A DNA stretch of 64,000 bases from positions 256,001 through 320,000 of the forward strand of contig CAWBCJ010000025.1 of assembly GCA_963787255.1 (NCBI GenBank), written 5' to 3'. The translations under genes were made by a program, and so were the position numbers. The notes under the pieces are model-generated. The model was not told where the DNA came from and made no database searches. It saw only the letters and a list, made by a program, of their open reading frames with translations. This document shows positions 1-11,524 of the stretch, piece by piece (positions within the stretch are counted from its first letter, which is position 1; every line of letters begins with the position of its first letter). The DNA comes from Methanobacteriota archaeon. GTDB lineage: Archaea; Methanobacteriota; Methanobacteria; Methanobacteriales; Methanobacteriaceae.

Positions 1-1
1 G

Positions 2-577
2 GTATATGAAGGTACAACTCCAAGAATTAGGTCTTATGTATCACTTGAAGGAATGGAAGACCCTTATATCTGGTTGAATTCCAAAAATAGGAAAAGTAAT
101 GTTATTTATAAATATCCTCATCAAACGTATACTCCTGTTTTTGGTCTTGAATACCATTTTGTAGATATGGTTGAGGCCACTAAATTGCATTATTTATGGG
201 AATGTATGAACGGTACTGATAATCCAACTGGCATTTTTCCAAGACCCTATTATTTCCAGGATACGCACGGTTTATCTTTCTTTGACAGGCTAGAAAATAA
301 AACCAATAACACTGTTACAAGTCCTATAAATACTAGAATAAGTACATTTGTTTTAGGAGATCCATTGTGGGAAGAACATGGTAGAAAAGATGTTTCAAGG
401 ATTGATCATGAATATTTTTCAAATATTCAAGGTACTATACTTCAAACAAAACATGGAAGTACATATAATGATATAAGGGAACCTGATGATGCTGGAACTC
501 CAAATGGTGAGTTATTTTATCTTTCCTCTAATTATAAAACATATCTTGGCTTGACTGGAAGTCCTTACTCTTATTAG
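2..577 (+). CDS. 5'-truncated pilus-locus-associated protein (C-terminal part)
   Basis: Frame is open from base 2 (VYEGTTPRIRSYVSLEGMEDPYIW...), so the gene starts before the window. The SLEGMEDP-type motif and the abutting pilin suggest a methanogen type IV pilus locus. Confidence 0.6.
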   Translation, partial: VYEGTTPRIRSYVSLEGMEDPYIWLNSKNRKSNVIYKYPHQTYTPVFGLEYHFVDMVEATKLHYLWECMNGTDNPTGIFPRPYYFQDTHGLSFFDRLENKTNNTVTSPINTRISTFVLGDPLWEEHGRKDVSRIDHEYFSNIQGTILQTKHGSTYNDIREPDDAGTPNGELFYLSSNYKTYLGLTGSPYSY

Positions 578-991
578 GTGATAAAAATTTTCTACGATGA
601 AAAAGGAATTGCAAGTGCAGAACTGATATTTGTAACTTTAATATTCATTATAGTTGCAGGTAGTTTTATTAGCCTTGTAAGTAGTGGTATGAACAAAACT
701 GAAACAGGAGACCTTGGAAAGGTTAGGATAGTTGGCGAAAAAATAGCCACCACTATTAACACTGTTTATAAAAATGGTGCGGGTTATTCTATAAATTTAG
801 ATCTTCGAGATGATGTTATTTATACAGCTGTGGTAAATAGTACGGGATATGTGACCATGGAGTATAATGGTCAAAGTATTCCAATAAAGTTAGTAGCTAA
901 GGATTATATTGAAAATATTACTATGAATGCTGGAGATCGATATAAAGTTTATAATGATAATGGAACAATACGATTTACATCAATATATTAG
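578..991 (+). CDS. type IV pilin-like protein with class III signal peptide
   Basis: DEKG|IASAELIFVTLIFIIVAG: KG cleavage site, E at +5, hydrophobic helix. The true start may be ATT at 587. Confidence 0.85.
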   Translation: MIKIFYDEKGIASAELIFVTLIFIIVAGSFISLVSSGMNKTETGDLGKVRIVGEKIATTINTVYKNGAGYSINLDLRDDVIYTAVVNSTGYVTMEYNGQSIPIKLVAKDYIENITMNAGDRYKVYNDNGTIRFTSIY

Positions 992-1064
992 CAATATTAT
1001 TTAAATGATAAAAATTATCTCTTATTTATATCAGCGATGAAACTAGTAATGGAGTTTATATTTT

Positions 1065-1505
1065 ATGGACTTGAAACCAGGATGGGAAAAAAAAGCTTTG
1101 ATAATACTTGCTATAATAACGATAATTGTAGTAGTTTATGCTTATGGACCATTTAAAGGTGATACTAAATCTCAAATCTTAAATAACACTTCTGAAGTAC
1201 CTGCACCTGCCCCAACTTCTCCTGTTGTGGCCTCTAATAACTCCACATCATCCAATAACATTACCAATGTCAATGTAACAGGTGGTAATAATGGAACTTA
1301 TCAGATTACAGCAGATCAAGCCAAGAAAATAGCTGTTCAACCTGGATTTACTGCAGGAGAACCTACAAAAGGTAGTGTAATGATTAGTAATAATAATATT
1401 TCTGTTTGGATTGTTCCTCTTATGAAAGGTACGGTTATATCTAAAAGAATATATGTTGATGCTGTAACTGGAGTTATTGTTGGAAGTGAAGAAGTAAAAA
1501 ATTAA
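1065..1505 (+). CDS. membrane-anchored PepSY-domain protein
   Basis: N-terminal TM, low-complexity linker, then ITADQAKKIA...IYVDAVTGVIV PepSY-like motif. Confidence 0.75.
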   Translation: MDLKPGWEKKALIILAIITIIVVVYAYGPFKGDTKSQILNNTSEVPAPAPTSPVVASNNSTSSNNITNVNVTGGNNGTYQITADQAKKIAVQPGFTAGEPTKGSVMISNNNISVWIVPLMKGTVISKRIYVDAVTGVIVGSEEVKN

Positions 1506-1543
1506 CATAAAAGACATTGTATACTCAAATCAGGGATAAGATC

Positions 1544-2344
1544 ATGGAAACAATTGCAGTAATAATAATGGTAATTTTATTTATAGTTTTGATGGTGTTT
1601 GTTTTTTCAGCAGCGCTACTTACTCCTATAATAGGTAAAAAAAATCTTTTATTTGTGGTAGCTATAGGTTTTATTGTTGGTATTATTGGAGGTGCCTTTT
1701 TTATAGCTCCAATAATGGATGATATACCTGGAATAGCTTCTTCTTTTTATCTTTCCACATCTAGTGACGTGGAAACTTTGAATGTTGATGTTTCAACTAA
1801 TCTGGATATTAATCAATTTGTAAATAGTGCTAAAGAAATTGATGGGGTTAAAAGTGTTGGAGTAACGGGGATAATCTTAAAAACCACTCCATTATCGGAT
1901 AAATGGAAGTCAATACTTCCAAACAGGATACCTGCTTCCAATAAAGGAATTAAATCAGCCCAGCTATTATCTAATGACACTATAAATATTCAAATTCAGG
2001 ATCAGGCTAATCCTCAAGAAGTAATTACAAAATTGGAAGATTGGTTGATGCTTGTAGGTGCAATAGACGTTAAATACAGTTTAGCTCATGTATCTGTTCA
2101 GGCTGAATCTAGTAATGTTTATGATGTTTCAAATCAGATATCAAAGGATGCAGTTGTTACGGGGATTCAGGGGCCAACACAAGATAAAATTAACTATGTA
2201 AAATCGGTTATTCCCGATAAGTTCAATGTAATAATATTATGTGGTTTCATGGGGATGTTAATTGGTCTTGCAGGTTTATTTATTGATACACTTTTGGGTC
2301 TTTTCGGTGACTTCAAGGAAAGAGTGAAAAAGAAGGAACATTAA
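1544..2344 (+). CDS. conserved membrane protein
   Basis: Two N-terminal and one C-terminal TM segments; start moved to ATG (METIAV). Confidence 0.7.
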   Translation: METIAVIIMVILFIVLMVFVFSAALLTPIIGKKNLLFVVAIGFIVGIIGGAFFIAPIMDDIPGIASSFYLSTSSDVETLNVDVSTNLDINQFVNSAKEIDGVKSVGVTGIILKTTPLSDKWKSILPNRIPASNKGIKSAQLLSNDTINIQIQDQANPQEVITKLEDWLMLVGAIDVKYSLAHVSVQAESSNVYDVSNQISKDAVVTGIQGPTQDKINYVKSVIPDKFNVIILCGFMGMLIGLAGLFIDTLLGLFGDFKERVKKKEH

Positions 2345-2359
2345 AAGCGGTGGGCATAT

Positions 2360-3043
2360 ATGAATGTAGCAGTTCTTTTTTCAGGTGGTAAAGATAGTAC
2401 AATGGCATTTTATAGAGCTGTTGAAGATGGGCATCAGGTTAAATATTTTGTATCTTTAATATCAGATAATCCTGCCTCTTATATGTTTCATGTGGCTAAT
2501 ATTCACATAACCGAGCTTTCGGCTGAAGCAATGGGTATTCCTCTTTTAAAAAAGGTTACTAAAGGTATAAAAGAAGAAGAATTAGAGGATTTGGTGCTTG
2601 TTTTAAAGGATTTGAAAGATAAGGGTGTTGAAGGGATTTATTCTGGTGCTTTACATTCTGTTTATCAAAAATCAAGAATTGACAATATTTGTAAGGAATT
2701 AGGACTTGAATCAGTTGCACCGCTGTGGCATAGGGATCCAGAGGAATACATGAGGGAAATAATTGAGCTGGGATTTGATGTTATTATTACGAGTGTTTCA
2801 GCTGAAGGGCTTGATGAGTCATGGTTAGGTAAAAAAATTGATTTATCCGTTCTTGATGAAATCATAGATTTAAATAAAAAATATGGGATGCATATGGCAT
2901 TTGAAGGTGGCGAGGCAGAAACTCTTGTTTTAGATGGTCCTGTTTTTAATAAAAGGATTAAAATTGTTGATTCTGAAGTGATTTGGGAAAGGGATAGTGG
3001 TTATTTTTTAATAAAAGAAGCGATTCTTGAGGATAAAAGCTAG
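2360..3043 (+). CDS. dph6: diphthine--ammonia ligase (Dph6/PP-loop ATPase family)
   Basis: FSGGKDS PP-loop, SYMFH, APLW and FEGGEAET motifs. Confidence 0.9.
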   Translation: MNVAVLFSGGKDSTMAFYRAVEDGHQVKYFVSLISDNPASYMFHVANIHITELSAEAMGIPLLKKVTKGIKEEELEDLVLVLKDLKDKGVEGIYSGALHSVYQKSRIDNICKELGLESVAPLWHRDPEEYMREIIELGFDVIITSVSAEGLDESWLGKKIDLSVLDEIIDLNKKYGMHMAFEGGEAETLVLDGPVFNKRIKIVDSEVIWERDSGYFLIKEAILEDKS

Positions 3044-3099
3044 TTAAATTATTCTCTTTTTTAAAATCATGTTTATTTTCATTTGGAATTTTATTTTGA

Positions 3100-3480
3100 T
3101 TATTTTATTTCTGGTGCTATCCAGTCTATGAATTTTTGAGTGTCCTCAGTTTTTATTTCAACTTCAATTTCTCCTAGTGCACATAGACTATCATCTACTA
3201 AATTTAGGGTTCCTGCAAAAGCAGCCTGTTTACTTAAATTAAAGTTAATTTTATTTATACTTGATCGCTTCAGCATTATTTTCCGTGCAGCTCCTCTAAT
3301 TTTCCTTTCTTTTAATTCGTCGCGTAAATTTTTAATTGTTTCAATATCTCCTGACGCGCAGATGTAATCGTCTCCCACTTCAAGTTCATCATATTCAATA
3401 ACATTTGCAATAGCTTTAATAACTTTATCAATATCTTCTGTTGGATTTATGTCTGCTTTAGCGTATATCTTGCAATTCAT
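3100..3480 (-). CDS. UPF0201 family RNA-binding protein
   Basis: INPTEDIDKV, LSKQAAFAG and FIDWIAP motifs; typical partner of the UPF0200 kinase; AAGGAG SD before ATG 3480. Confidence 0.85.
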   Translation of the reverse strand: MNCKIYAKADINPTEDIDKVIKAIANVIEYDELEVGDDYICASGDIETIKNLRDELKERKIRGAARKIMLKRSSINKINFNLSKQAAFAGTLNLVDDSLCALGEIEVEIKTEDTQKFIDWIAPEIK

Positions 3481-3497
3481 GGATATATACTCCTTAT

Positions 3498-4088
3498 TCA
3501 TGTTTTTTTAACAACATTTTTATCCTTTTTTGCATTCTTATTCATTTCTTTTTTTAATATGCTTCTTATGGAGTTTTTAAATTTCCATATGGGTCCTTCA
3601 TTAACTATCATATAGTCTGAAGTAGCAATAACATTACCTATACCAAAATTAAGCTCTCTTTCATCTCTATTTATAAAATCAGATACACTAGTAAAATCAT
3701 CTGATCTTTTACGCCTTTTTAATCTCATAAAACGTGTTTTTGGGCTACTATGGATGGCTATAACTTTAAATTGTCCAAAATGTTTTTTAAATATTTCTAC
3801 TTCTGCTGGACTTCTTATACCTTCAATTATGTATTTTATATCGTTTTTGTTTTTTGAAGAGTTATATGGCGTCTCTTTAATTATTTCAACACATCTCTGG
3901 GCTACTACATATTTTCCGTATTCCTTACGGAGTTTAATTGCGGTTTCTCCTATATCATCATTTCTTTTTAAAGCTTCGTCCCTTATTACGTCTCCCATTC
4001 GAATTACATTAATTCCAAGATTATTTGCAACTCTTGCCACTACACTTTTACCTGATCCAGGCAGACCTGTCACTCCCATTACATGCAT
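3498..4088 (-). CDS. UPF0200 family P-loop kinase (dephospho-CoA kinase-like)
   Basis: GLPGSGKS Walker A, MGDVIR, EGIRSPAEV and RDERELNFGIG motifs. Confidence 0.85.
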   Translation of the reverse strand: MHVMGVTGLPGSGKSVVARVANNLGINVIRMGDVIRDEALKRNDDIGETAIKLRKEYGKYVVAQRCVEIIKETPYNSSKNKNDIKYIIEGIRSPAEVEIFKKHFGQFKVIAIHSSPKTRFMRLKRRKRSDDFTSVSDFINRDERELNFGIGNVIATSDYMIVNEGPIWKFKNSIRSILKKEMNKNAKKDKNVVKKT

Positions 4089-4213
4089 GATTTCACTTCT
4101 TTAAAAAAATTTGTGTATTATTTCCTTTTTTTAGTTATTGTAAAGATTTTAATTATTTAAAACATTCAAAATCTCTGATTTTGATGTCACAAAATTAAAA
4201 ATTTTGTAGACTG

Positions 4214-4960
4214 TTAAATTCTATTAATAGAATTTAAAATCACCTTTAAAGAATCTTTAAGATTACGGGTGTTATTAAAATTATCAACTATTTTTTTAAG
4301 TTCTTCTTCATTCTTATTTTTAAGCTTAAGTACATTTTTTATAAGACATGGTATTGATCTTGTGATATTGTCTACTATTGTAATGGAAGCAGTTTTAGAA
4401 GTTCTTGATAATGGATTAAGATCTACAGCTATAACTAATTTTCCTGATTTAACCAGTGCTTCTGTTCTATCACCGTCTTCAAGTGGAACAAGAATCACGT
4501 CGGCTTTATAAATTCCTTCAGGGCTTACATCTCCCCGGGGATGATTTACACCTTCTATATGTTTTAAATGGTTAATTTCGGTACCTAAAACATCGTCTGC
4601 GCCTGCTTCATTTAATACATTTAAAATGGCACTAATTCTTTCTTCTGTTTTGTAAAAAAGGTTAATTTCTATTTTTGCATCTAAAATACTGGCTAGTTCA
4701 ACAATTTCAGGAGTTACAAGTGCAGTTGTATTTCCATTTACCGATATGACTGGATTTTTAGCAAGTAATAGGGCTGCAGCAGCACTTTCACAAGCTTTTC
4801 TTGCAGTTTCAGTAGTTTTTTCTCCTATTAAATAGTCAAATGCTTCTCCCCTTCCATGAGCAATCATCCCCGCATCTGCTAAAATACCTGATTTATAAGC
4901 ATTTACAATCATTTCCCTTGAAAGAAGAGATTTATATCGTGGATGGTCTTCTGGTATCAT
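4214..4960 (-). CDS. pps: 4-phosphopantoate--beta-alanine ligase (phosphopantothenate synthetase)
   Basis: HPRYKSL, AHGRGEAFDYLIGE, VPLEDGDR and DLNPLSRT motifs. Confidence 0.93.
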   Translation of the reverse strand: MIPEDHPRYKSLLSREMIVNAYKSGILADAGMIAHGRGEAFDYLIGEKTTETARKACESAAAALLLAKNPVISVNGNTTALVTPEIVELASILDAKIEINLFYKTEERISAILNVLNEAGADDVLGTEINHLKHIEGVNHPRGDVSPEGIYKADVILVPLEDGDRTEALVKSGKLVIAVDLNPLSRTSKTASITIVDNITRSIPCLIKNVLKLKNKNEEELKKIVDNFNNTRNLKDSLKVILNSINRI

Positions 4961-5196
4961 ATTAATTCACTTTTTTTAACTTAGATAATGTTTTTAGTTG
5001 AAATGACCTTATTATTTTATCTTTTTTATAATATAATGCCGTTTTTACTTTAAAACACTTGAAAAATTTAGATTATCACTTTAGAATAAAATATATTATT
5101 TAATTTTAATATAACAATTAATATAGATATTGTGTTGAAACGTGACTATTAGATATTTTAATCTAAAAGAATATATAATACTTGATGGGGATTAAC

Positions 5197-5442
5197 ATGA
5201 AGAATACAATAGAAATAAAAAAAGATGATTATGAAACAGAAAAAAGAACCGAAAAGCAGCAAAAAAGAAGGAATATTAATAAATATGGCATTTATATCAG
5301 TATAATTTTTATCGCTGCGGGATTAATTTGGTATGCCATAAATTTAGGTCTTATTCCCACAGAATTCCTAGTGCAACAGGCAGGACCTATATTAATTGTA
5401 ATACTGGGAATATTAATTTTAATTAAGTCAGTGATTAAGTGA
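5197..5442 (+). CDS. small two-TM membrane protein
   Basis: Charged N-terminus followed by two hydrophobic helices. Confidence 0.6.
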   Translation: MKNTIEIKKDDYETEKRTEKQQKRRNINKYGIYISIIFIAAGLIWYAINLGLIPTEFLVQQAGPILIVILGILILIKSVIK

Positions 5443-5522
5443 AGTGGTTTTACTCTTGTTTCATCATATCTTATAAATTAATAGGAATACTTAATTGAAT
5501 TAATCACTTAAAGAGGTATTAT

Positions 5523-6551
5523 ATGAGTAATTTGCTAGAAAAACTATCTAATGCTCCAGGAGTATCTGGTTTTGAAGAAGAAATCCGTAAAATAATTAAA
5601 AATGAATTAAAAGACCATGTAGATGAAATTGAAATTGACGCTATGGGTAATCTTATTGCAGTAAAGAAAGGTAAGGAAAACGGTAAAAAGATTATGCTTG
5701 CAGCCCACATGGACGAAATTGGGCTTATGGTAAGATTTATTGATAAAGAAGGATTCGTTAAGTTTTCTAAAATAGGCGGTATTAACGATCAGATGCTTTT
5801 AAACCAGGAAGTTATTATTCATTCAGATAAAGAAAAAATTTTAGGAGTTATAGGCGCTAAACCTCCACACAAGATGAAACCTGAGGAAAAAAAGAAGGTA
5901 GTAGAATACGAAAACATGTTTATTGACATAGGTGCTTCCAGCAAGGAAGAAGCGGAAGAATTAATTGGTATTGGAGATCCTATAACTATTAAACATGAAT
6001 TTTCAAAACTTAGGACAAATTTGGTAACAGGAAAGGCATTTGACAACAGAGTGGGGTGTTATGTCCTTATTGAAGCAATGAAGCGCGCAAAAACTAATGC
6101 AACTATCTACGGTGTAGGGACAGTTCAAGAAGAGGTAGGGCTTAAAGGGGCAAAAACATCAGCTTTCAAGATAAATCCTGACATTGCAATTGCATTGGAC
6201 GTTACTATTTCTGGTGATCATCCGGGAATAAAAGTTGAGGATGCTCCTGCAAAAATAAACAAAGGTCCGGCTATTATTTTAGCTGATGCAAGTGGAAGAG
6301 GAATAATTACGCATCCAATGGTTAAAAAACTTCTAATTGAGGCTGCCAGTGAGAAAGAAATCCCTTATCAGCTTGAAGTAAGTGAAGGTGGCACAACTGA
6401 TGCTACTGCTATCCATTTAACCAGAGAAGGTATTCCTACAGGTGTTTTATCTGTTCCAACAAGGTATATTCACACACCAGTTGAAGTTGTAAGCCTTAAA
6501 GATATCGAAAACACTATAAATCTTCTTGTAGCGGCAATTGAAAAGGTTTAA
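5523..6551 (+). CDS. M42 family (TET) aminopeptidase
   Basis: [32 protein letters not shown] and RYIHTP motifs. Confidence 0.95.
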   Translation: MSNLLEKLSNAPGVSGFEEEIRKIIKNELKDHVDEIEIDAMGNLIAVKKGKENGKKIMLAAHMDEIGLMVRFIDKEGFVKFSKIGGINDQMLLNQEVIIHSDKEKILGVIGAKPPHKMKPEEKKKVVEYENMFIDIGASSKEEAEELIGIGDPITIKHEFSKLRTNLVTGKAFDNRVGCYVLIEAMKRAKTNATIYGVGTVQEEVGLKGAKTSAFKINPDIAIALDVTISGDHPGIKVEDAPAKINKGPAIILADASGRGIITHPMVKKLLIEAASEKEIPYQLEVSEGGTTDATAIHLTREGIPTGVLSVPTRYIHTPVEVVSLKDIENTINLLVAAIEKV

Positions 6552-6707
6552 TAGTTAAAGTGACTTTTTAATCTAAAAAATAATAATTAATGGTTGAATT
6601 TATAGGATTCGCCATTTTTATTTTCATTTTAGATTAAAAATCCTTCACTAAATTGTTATCCTATTTTATTCATTCTTTTTACTTAGAATAGGGTTTAAAA
6701 AATAATA

Positions 6708-7424
6708 TTATATTATCTTGTCTTCTTCTGCTCTGGAAACTATTTCTAGTCCATTAGAATTAATTTCGTATGTCATGAATTGTGTAGGTGTCCGGGTACT
6801 TCTCATCTTTACTATATCCATTACTCTTTCTCTTCTACCAGTATATGGATTTTCACGTTTTATGAGCTTTATAGCACCGTAAACTGAAAATAATGCAAGT
6901 TCATTGAATTCATTTGAGGTAGCACTGTCTAATATTACCAGTGCAGTAATGTTTCTCTTTTTTAATTCAAATACCAGGTAATCAAAACGATCTCTAAATT
7001 CGTAGGGAGTTAATTTAGCAGTATAACTTCCTAAGTTATCGATTATAACCACTTTTACGTCATCAGAAATGTGTTCCAGTATTTTTGCAAAGCTCCCCTT
7101 CATCGTATCAATATCTATGCTTATTTCGGCTTTTGTAACCCTTGCTCTAATTCCAGCAAGTTCAATAAATGTTAATAAGTCATTTTCTTGATAATATTCT
7201 AGATTCCAGTTAAAGGAGTCTCCTTGCATATTAAGATCATATGCATCTTCTTCAGTGGTTATGTATGCAGTTTTAAGACCTTGATCACAACTATTTTTTG
7301 CAAAGTGTAGCCCGAATATGGTTTTACCGGAACCGGCATCGCCAGTTATAAGCATGGTTCTTCCCGCTGGAAATCCGCCTGTAATTTCATCAAATATAGA
7401 TATCCCAGTTTTTATTCTTTCCAT
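6708..7424 (-). CDS. single-domain KaiC/RAD55-like ATPase
   Basis: [24 protein letters not shown] Walker A, IVKMRST. Confidence 0.88.
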   Translation of the reverse strand: MERIKTGISIFDEITGGFPAGRTMLITGDAGSGKTIFGLHFAKNSCDQGLKTAYITTEEDAYDLNMQGDSFNWNLEYYQENDLLTFIELAGIRARVTKAEISIDIDTMKGSFAKILEHISDDVKVVIIDNLGSYTAKLTPYEFRDRFDYLVFELKKRNITALVILDSATSNEFNELALFSVYGAIKLIKRENPYTGRRERVMDIVKMRSTRTPTQFMTYEINSNGLEIVSRAEEDKII

Positions 7425-7474
7425 ATTTTTACATCTCCTTTAAATTATGATTATAGTAACGTAACAATTAATAT

Positions 7475-8740
7475 TTAAATAGGATCTCTAGATAAAATAA
7501 ATTGAAATATGCATCCTTTATTCCCTTCAGCCATGCAAGACACCTGTTCTACATGACCTCTAATGGATGTCCATGTAAAACTGCGTATGACGATTATTCT
7601 GCAAATAAGGCAGAACATGGGGCTGTAACGCGCTTCCTTTTCCCAAGGACAATTTGAAAATATAATAGTATTTTTTTGTCTGGACAATTCTTCAACTTCA
7701 ATACCTAAATTTGATAAAAATCCTTCTATCCAATCCATATAACAGTTAAAAATATTTTCGTTGTTTTTAGATTCTTTGAGTAATAGGCATTTAGAAACAC
7801 TTTCGTCAAATCCGGGCTTCATGTTCTTTTCGAAGCGGTCAGCAAAGCTTTTTGCTATAATATTTCTGATTTGTGGAGGAATATTAGATGCAAAAACGGG
7901 CATTGCACTTAAAAGAAACCCAAAAAGTTCACTTCTAGCTTTTTCCTTTAATAATTGCTCTCTTTCTTTTTCAGCTCTTCTACGTTGGCTAACATCCTGA
8001 AAAACTAGTACTATACCCGTTTTTATATTTTTATCGTCTGTTATTGGGGCGTTTGTATTATTAATGGGTATTTTAGTACCATATCTTGTTATTAGTAATA
8101 TGTTATCATTTATATTGGTTATAGAACTTTTCTGAAGAATATTATCTATTGATAAATTTATTTGTTCTCCTGTTTCTTCATTTTCGATTCTGAAGATGTT
8201 TTCAAGGGAGTTTCCAATTGCTTCATCCTGTTCCCACCCGGTTATTTTTTGGGCCATTGGATTCATAAAAGTGATGTATCCTTTTTCATCTGTTGTTATA
8301 ACTGCTTCTCCTATACTTTCAAGCGTTGTAGAAAGCCATTTTTCACTTGCTCTAAGTTTAGTTTCAATTTCGTGTTTATAACGTGCTACTTCGATTGCGC
8401 TATGTAATTCACGGTCTTCAAAAGGTTTAATGATATAACCAAAGGGGCCGGTTATTTTGGCTCTTTTTAAGGTTTTTTCATCAGAATAAGCAGTTAAATA
8501 TAATACGGGGATATTATAATTGTCTTTAATTATTTGAGCTGCCTCAATACCGTCCATTTCTCCCCTAAGCACAATGTCCATTAATATTAAATCGGGTAGT
8601 GTTTCCGAAACTTTTTCTACAGCTTCTTCTCCTGAAGATGCTACTGCAGGTACCACATAATCCATGCTTTCTAGCCGATGTTTGATATCCATGGCCACAA
8701 TGCTTTCATCTTCAACTACAAGAATTTTAACAGACGACAT
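7475..8740 (-). CDS. response regulator REC-PAS with C-terminal V4R-like methanogen output domain
   Basis: ILVVEDE...LMDI...YLTAY...IIKPF receiver; PAS; Cys-rich C-terminus ([19 protein letters not shown]). Confidence 0.88.
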   Translation of the reverse strand: MSSVKILVVEDESIVAMDIKHRLESMDYVVPAVASSGEEAVEKVSETLPDLILMDIVLRGEMDGIEAAQIIKDNYNIPVLYLTAYSDEKTLKRAKITGPFGYIIKPFEDRELHSAIEVARYKHEIETKLRASEKWLSTTLESIGEAVITTDEKGYITFMNPMAQKITGWEQDEAIGNSLENIFRIENEETGEQINLSIDNILQKSSITNINDNILLITRYGTKIPINNTNAPITDDKNIKTGIVLVFQDVSQRRRAEKEREQLLKEKARSELFGFLLSAMPVFASNIPPQIRNIIAKSFADRFEKNMKPGFDESVSKCLLLKESKNNENIFNCYMDWIEGFLSNLGIEVEELSRQKNTIIFSNCPWEKEARYSPMFCLICRIIVIRSFTWTSIRGHVEQVSCMAEGNKGCIFQFILSRDPI

Positions 8741-8826
8741 ACTAATCTTACATTAATATTTAACATATATTAATATTACCCTTTTAATTTCATTTTTAGA
8801 ATATTATATCAATTAAAAAATCAATT

Positions 8827-10605
8827 TCATTGCATGACACTTTTTCCATGCAGATGTTTGTAAATAATATCTGCTAAATTTCTGTTAATACCTTTAACAC
8901 ATGCAATTTCGTTAATATCTGCATTTTTAATGCCTTCTATGTCTCCAAAATGCTTTAAAAGATTAATTTTTCGTTTCTCCCCTACCCCTTTAACTTCATC
9001 TAATATAGAATGCTTCAATTGAAGAGATCTAAGTTTTTTGTGGTATGTAATAGCAAAACGATGTGCTTCATCCCTTATTCTTTGTAAAAGATGTAATGCT
9101 TCTGAATTACGTGGTAAAATGATTGGACTTGAAATTCCGGGAACAAATATGTGTTCAAATTCTTTAGCAAGTCCAATTATTGGTATATCATCAAGACACA
9201 TTGATTTTAATACTTCCAAAGCCGCGTTAAGTTGTCCTTTACCTCCATCTACAAGAATTAAGTCTGGTTTTTGATCATTTTCCTCTGGAGAGATTTTACT
9301 GTATCTCCTTCTAATAATGTCTCTCATCATTGCATAATCGTCAGGCCCATCAATTTGAATTTTATACTTTCTGTACTTGCTTTTTTTAGGCATTGCATCC
9401 ACGAAAACAACCATCGATCCTACAGAGAGCGTACCGCTTATATTGGAAATATCAAATGCTTCAATATTTCTTGGAATTTTAGGCAAATTAAGATATTTTT
9501 TAAGGTCAAACATTGCACCTCTTACTTCTCTTTCCTGATTTTTAATAATTTCCGCATTTTTTGCCACCATTTGAACCAGTCGAGATTCAGTACCACTTTT
9601 TGGAGTTCTAAGAATAACATCATGTCCTCTTTTTTCAGAAAGCCATTCATTTATTAAATCAAGCTCATCTGGGCGGTATTGTATTATAATTTCAGAAGGT
9701 ATGTGTCGAGGTGTCATATAAAATTGTTTAAGGAATGCTGAAAGTATTTTATCTGGAAGAGTACCTTCTGCACCGCTCATTAGGAAATCATCCTTTCCAA
9801 TGATCTTTCCATCCCTGATTGAAAAAACAACAACACAAGCTACTTTTTCATCATAAGCACAAGCTATTACATCCTGTTCGAGACCTCTATCAAATTCTAT
9901 TTTCTGCTTTTCAAGAATACCGTCCACTGATTGGATCTGATCCCTTAAAACAGCAGCTTTTTCAAATTCATTGTTTTTTGCAGCATCTACCATTAATTCA
10001 TTAAGCATTTCAATTATTTTATTGTATTTACCCTCAAAAAACAAGTTAATTTTCTCTATAATTTCGTTATAGGATTTCTTTGTAATTTTACCGCTACATG
10101 GAGCATTACATAGGTGAATTTGATAGTTAAGGCAAGGTCCATCCATCTTTCGACATGTTCTTATTTTAAAGAGCGCTTTTAATGATTTGACCATTCTTCT
10201 AACAGATCCAGTATCAGTGAAAGGCCCGTAATAATATGCACCGTCGTCTCTAACGTTTCTTGTAATTAAAACCCGGGGATAGTTTTCGTTGGTAATTTTT
10301 ATGTAGGGATACCTTTTATCGTCCTTTAATCGTATGTTATATCGTGGTTTATATTTTTTTATGAGATTAGACTCTAAAATAAGCGCTTCTTTTTCTGTAT
10401 CAGTTATAATGTACTCTAAATTATGAAAATGGCTCATTAACAATTTTGTTTTTAATGGCTGTTCTCTGGTACTGAAATACGATTTAACTCTTTTTATCAA
10501 TGATTTTGCTTTTCCAACATATAGAACATCGTCATCAATATTTCTCATTATGTATACGCCTGGTTTGTCTGGTAAGTTATCTGGTTTACTGCAACGATTT
10601 GGCAT
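8827..10605 (-). CDS. uvrC: excinuclease ABC subunit C
   Basis: GIY-YIG (PGVYIM...YVGKA), LVDGGKGQL, RIRDEAHRFA, HhH. Confidence 0.97.
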   Translation of the reverse strand: MPNRCSKPDNLPDKPGVYIMRNIDDDVLYVGKAKSLIKRVKSYFSTREQPLKTKLLMSHFHNLEYIITDTEKEALILESNLIKKYKPRYNIRLKDDKRYPYIKITNENYPRVLITRNVRDDGAYYYGPFTDTGSVRRMVKSLKALFKIRTCRKMDGPCLNYQIHLCNAPCSGKITKKSYNEIIEKINLFFEGKYNKIIEMLNELMVDAAKNNEFEKAAVLRDQIQSVDGILEKQKIEFDRGLEQDVIACAYDEKVACVVVFSIRDGKIIGKDDFLMSGAEGTLPDKILSAFLKQFYMTPRHIPSEIIIQYRPDELDLINEWLSEKRGHDVILRTPKSGTESRLVQMVAKNAEIIKNQEREVRGAMFDLKKYLNLPKIPRNIEAFDISNISGTLSVGSMVVFVDAMPKKSKYRKYKIQIDGPDDYAMMRDIIRRRYSKISPEENDQKPDLILVDGGKGQLNAALEVLKSMCLDDIPIIGLAKEFEHIFVPGISSPIILPRNSEALHLLQRIRDEAHRFAITYHKKLRSLQLKHSILDEVKGVGEKRKINLLKHFGDIEGIKNADINEIACVKGINRNLADIIYKHLHGKSVMQ

Positions 10606-10720
10606 TTTATCGCCTCTTGTAGTTTTATTGATTTGTTCTAGTTCATTTGAAGTCTGTTTTTCAAAAGTATGGACAAAATATAATAAAAAAAAGGAAAATG
10701 GTATAAAGTAAATAGAGGAG

Positions 10721-11524
10721 TTAATGAATATCTTTTGGAAGATTTAATTTATCTCTTATTTTAGGATTTGCTACTTCAGGCCTTTTTGTAGCAAATGAAT
10801 CCTCCAGATCTTCATGCATTTTTTCTGCAACTTGTAATGGTATTCCTATTGCCATATATTCTGGTGGAAGCCATGCATTTCCAGTAGGATCTACCGGACC
10901 TACAAAAGCTGTTTCTTTTGGGGCTTTTTCAGCCATTCCTGCAGGATATGTAACAAATGTAGCACATGCAGGGCCGAACGGCATATTAATAGCGTTAAAT
11001 GGATTTTTGGTCCTGAAATGAATAAGACTACTTAAATTACGTATTTGCTCTCCATTTCCAAAACATAATAGAGATTTCACGTCAATATCTTCATTAATAT
11101 CATTACATTTTTGGATTACAATATATTTTCCGGGTGTTTTTATTTTTCCAACGGATTCTAGAAATCCTTCCACAAGTTCAGGGCTTGCTTTTAAATATTC
11201 TGCTTCTCCACCCCTAAATTTTTCGTTTCCAGTTGAAACAAAGTATTTTATGAATTTTAGAGGTTCAGTAAATCCAAAATAGGTCATTGCTCCAGGACAG
11301 CACCCTTTAAGGGTATCTTTACCCATATACAATGGAGGCTCTTTATCATTTATTGCATTAATTAATATTGCCTTAGCTACGCATCTATCATTAGCACACA
11401 TTGGTACGGCATTAATAGGTACATTTTCTGAACTATACACAGCTAAAGGGCTTGTGTCTAGTTCTGCTGCCTTTTTAAGGCTTTTCCCGATTTTTTGTAT
11501 AGAAGTGTTTGAAATTATGATCAC
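10721..11524 (-). CDS. DUF169 family protein
   Basis: Cys-containing motifs (GCCPGAMTYFGF, MPFGPACAT, GPVDPT). The start may be ATT at 11515. Confidence 0.75.
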   Translation of the reverse strand: MIIISNTSIQKIGKSLKKAAELDTSPLAVYSSENVPINAVPMCANDRCVAKAILINAINDKEPPLYMGKDTLKGCCPGAMTYFGFTEPLKFIKYFVSTGNEKFRGGEAEYLKASPELVEGFLESVGKIKTPGKYIVIQKCNDINEDIDVKSLLCFGNGEQIRNLSSLIHFRTKNPFNAINMPFGPACATFVTYPAGMAEKAPKETAFVGPVDPTGNAWLPPEYMAIGIPLQVAEKMHEDLEDSFATKRPEVANPKIRDKLNLPKDIH

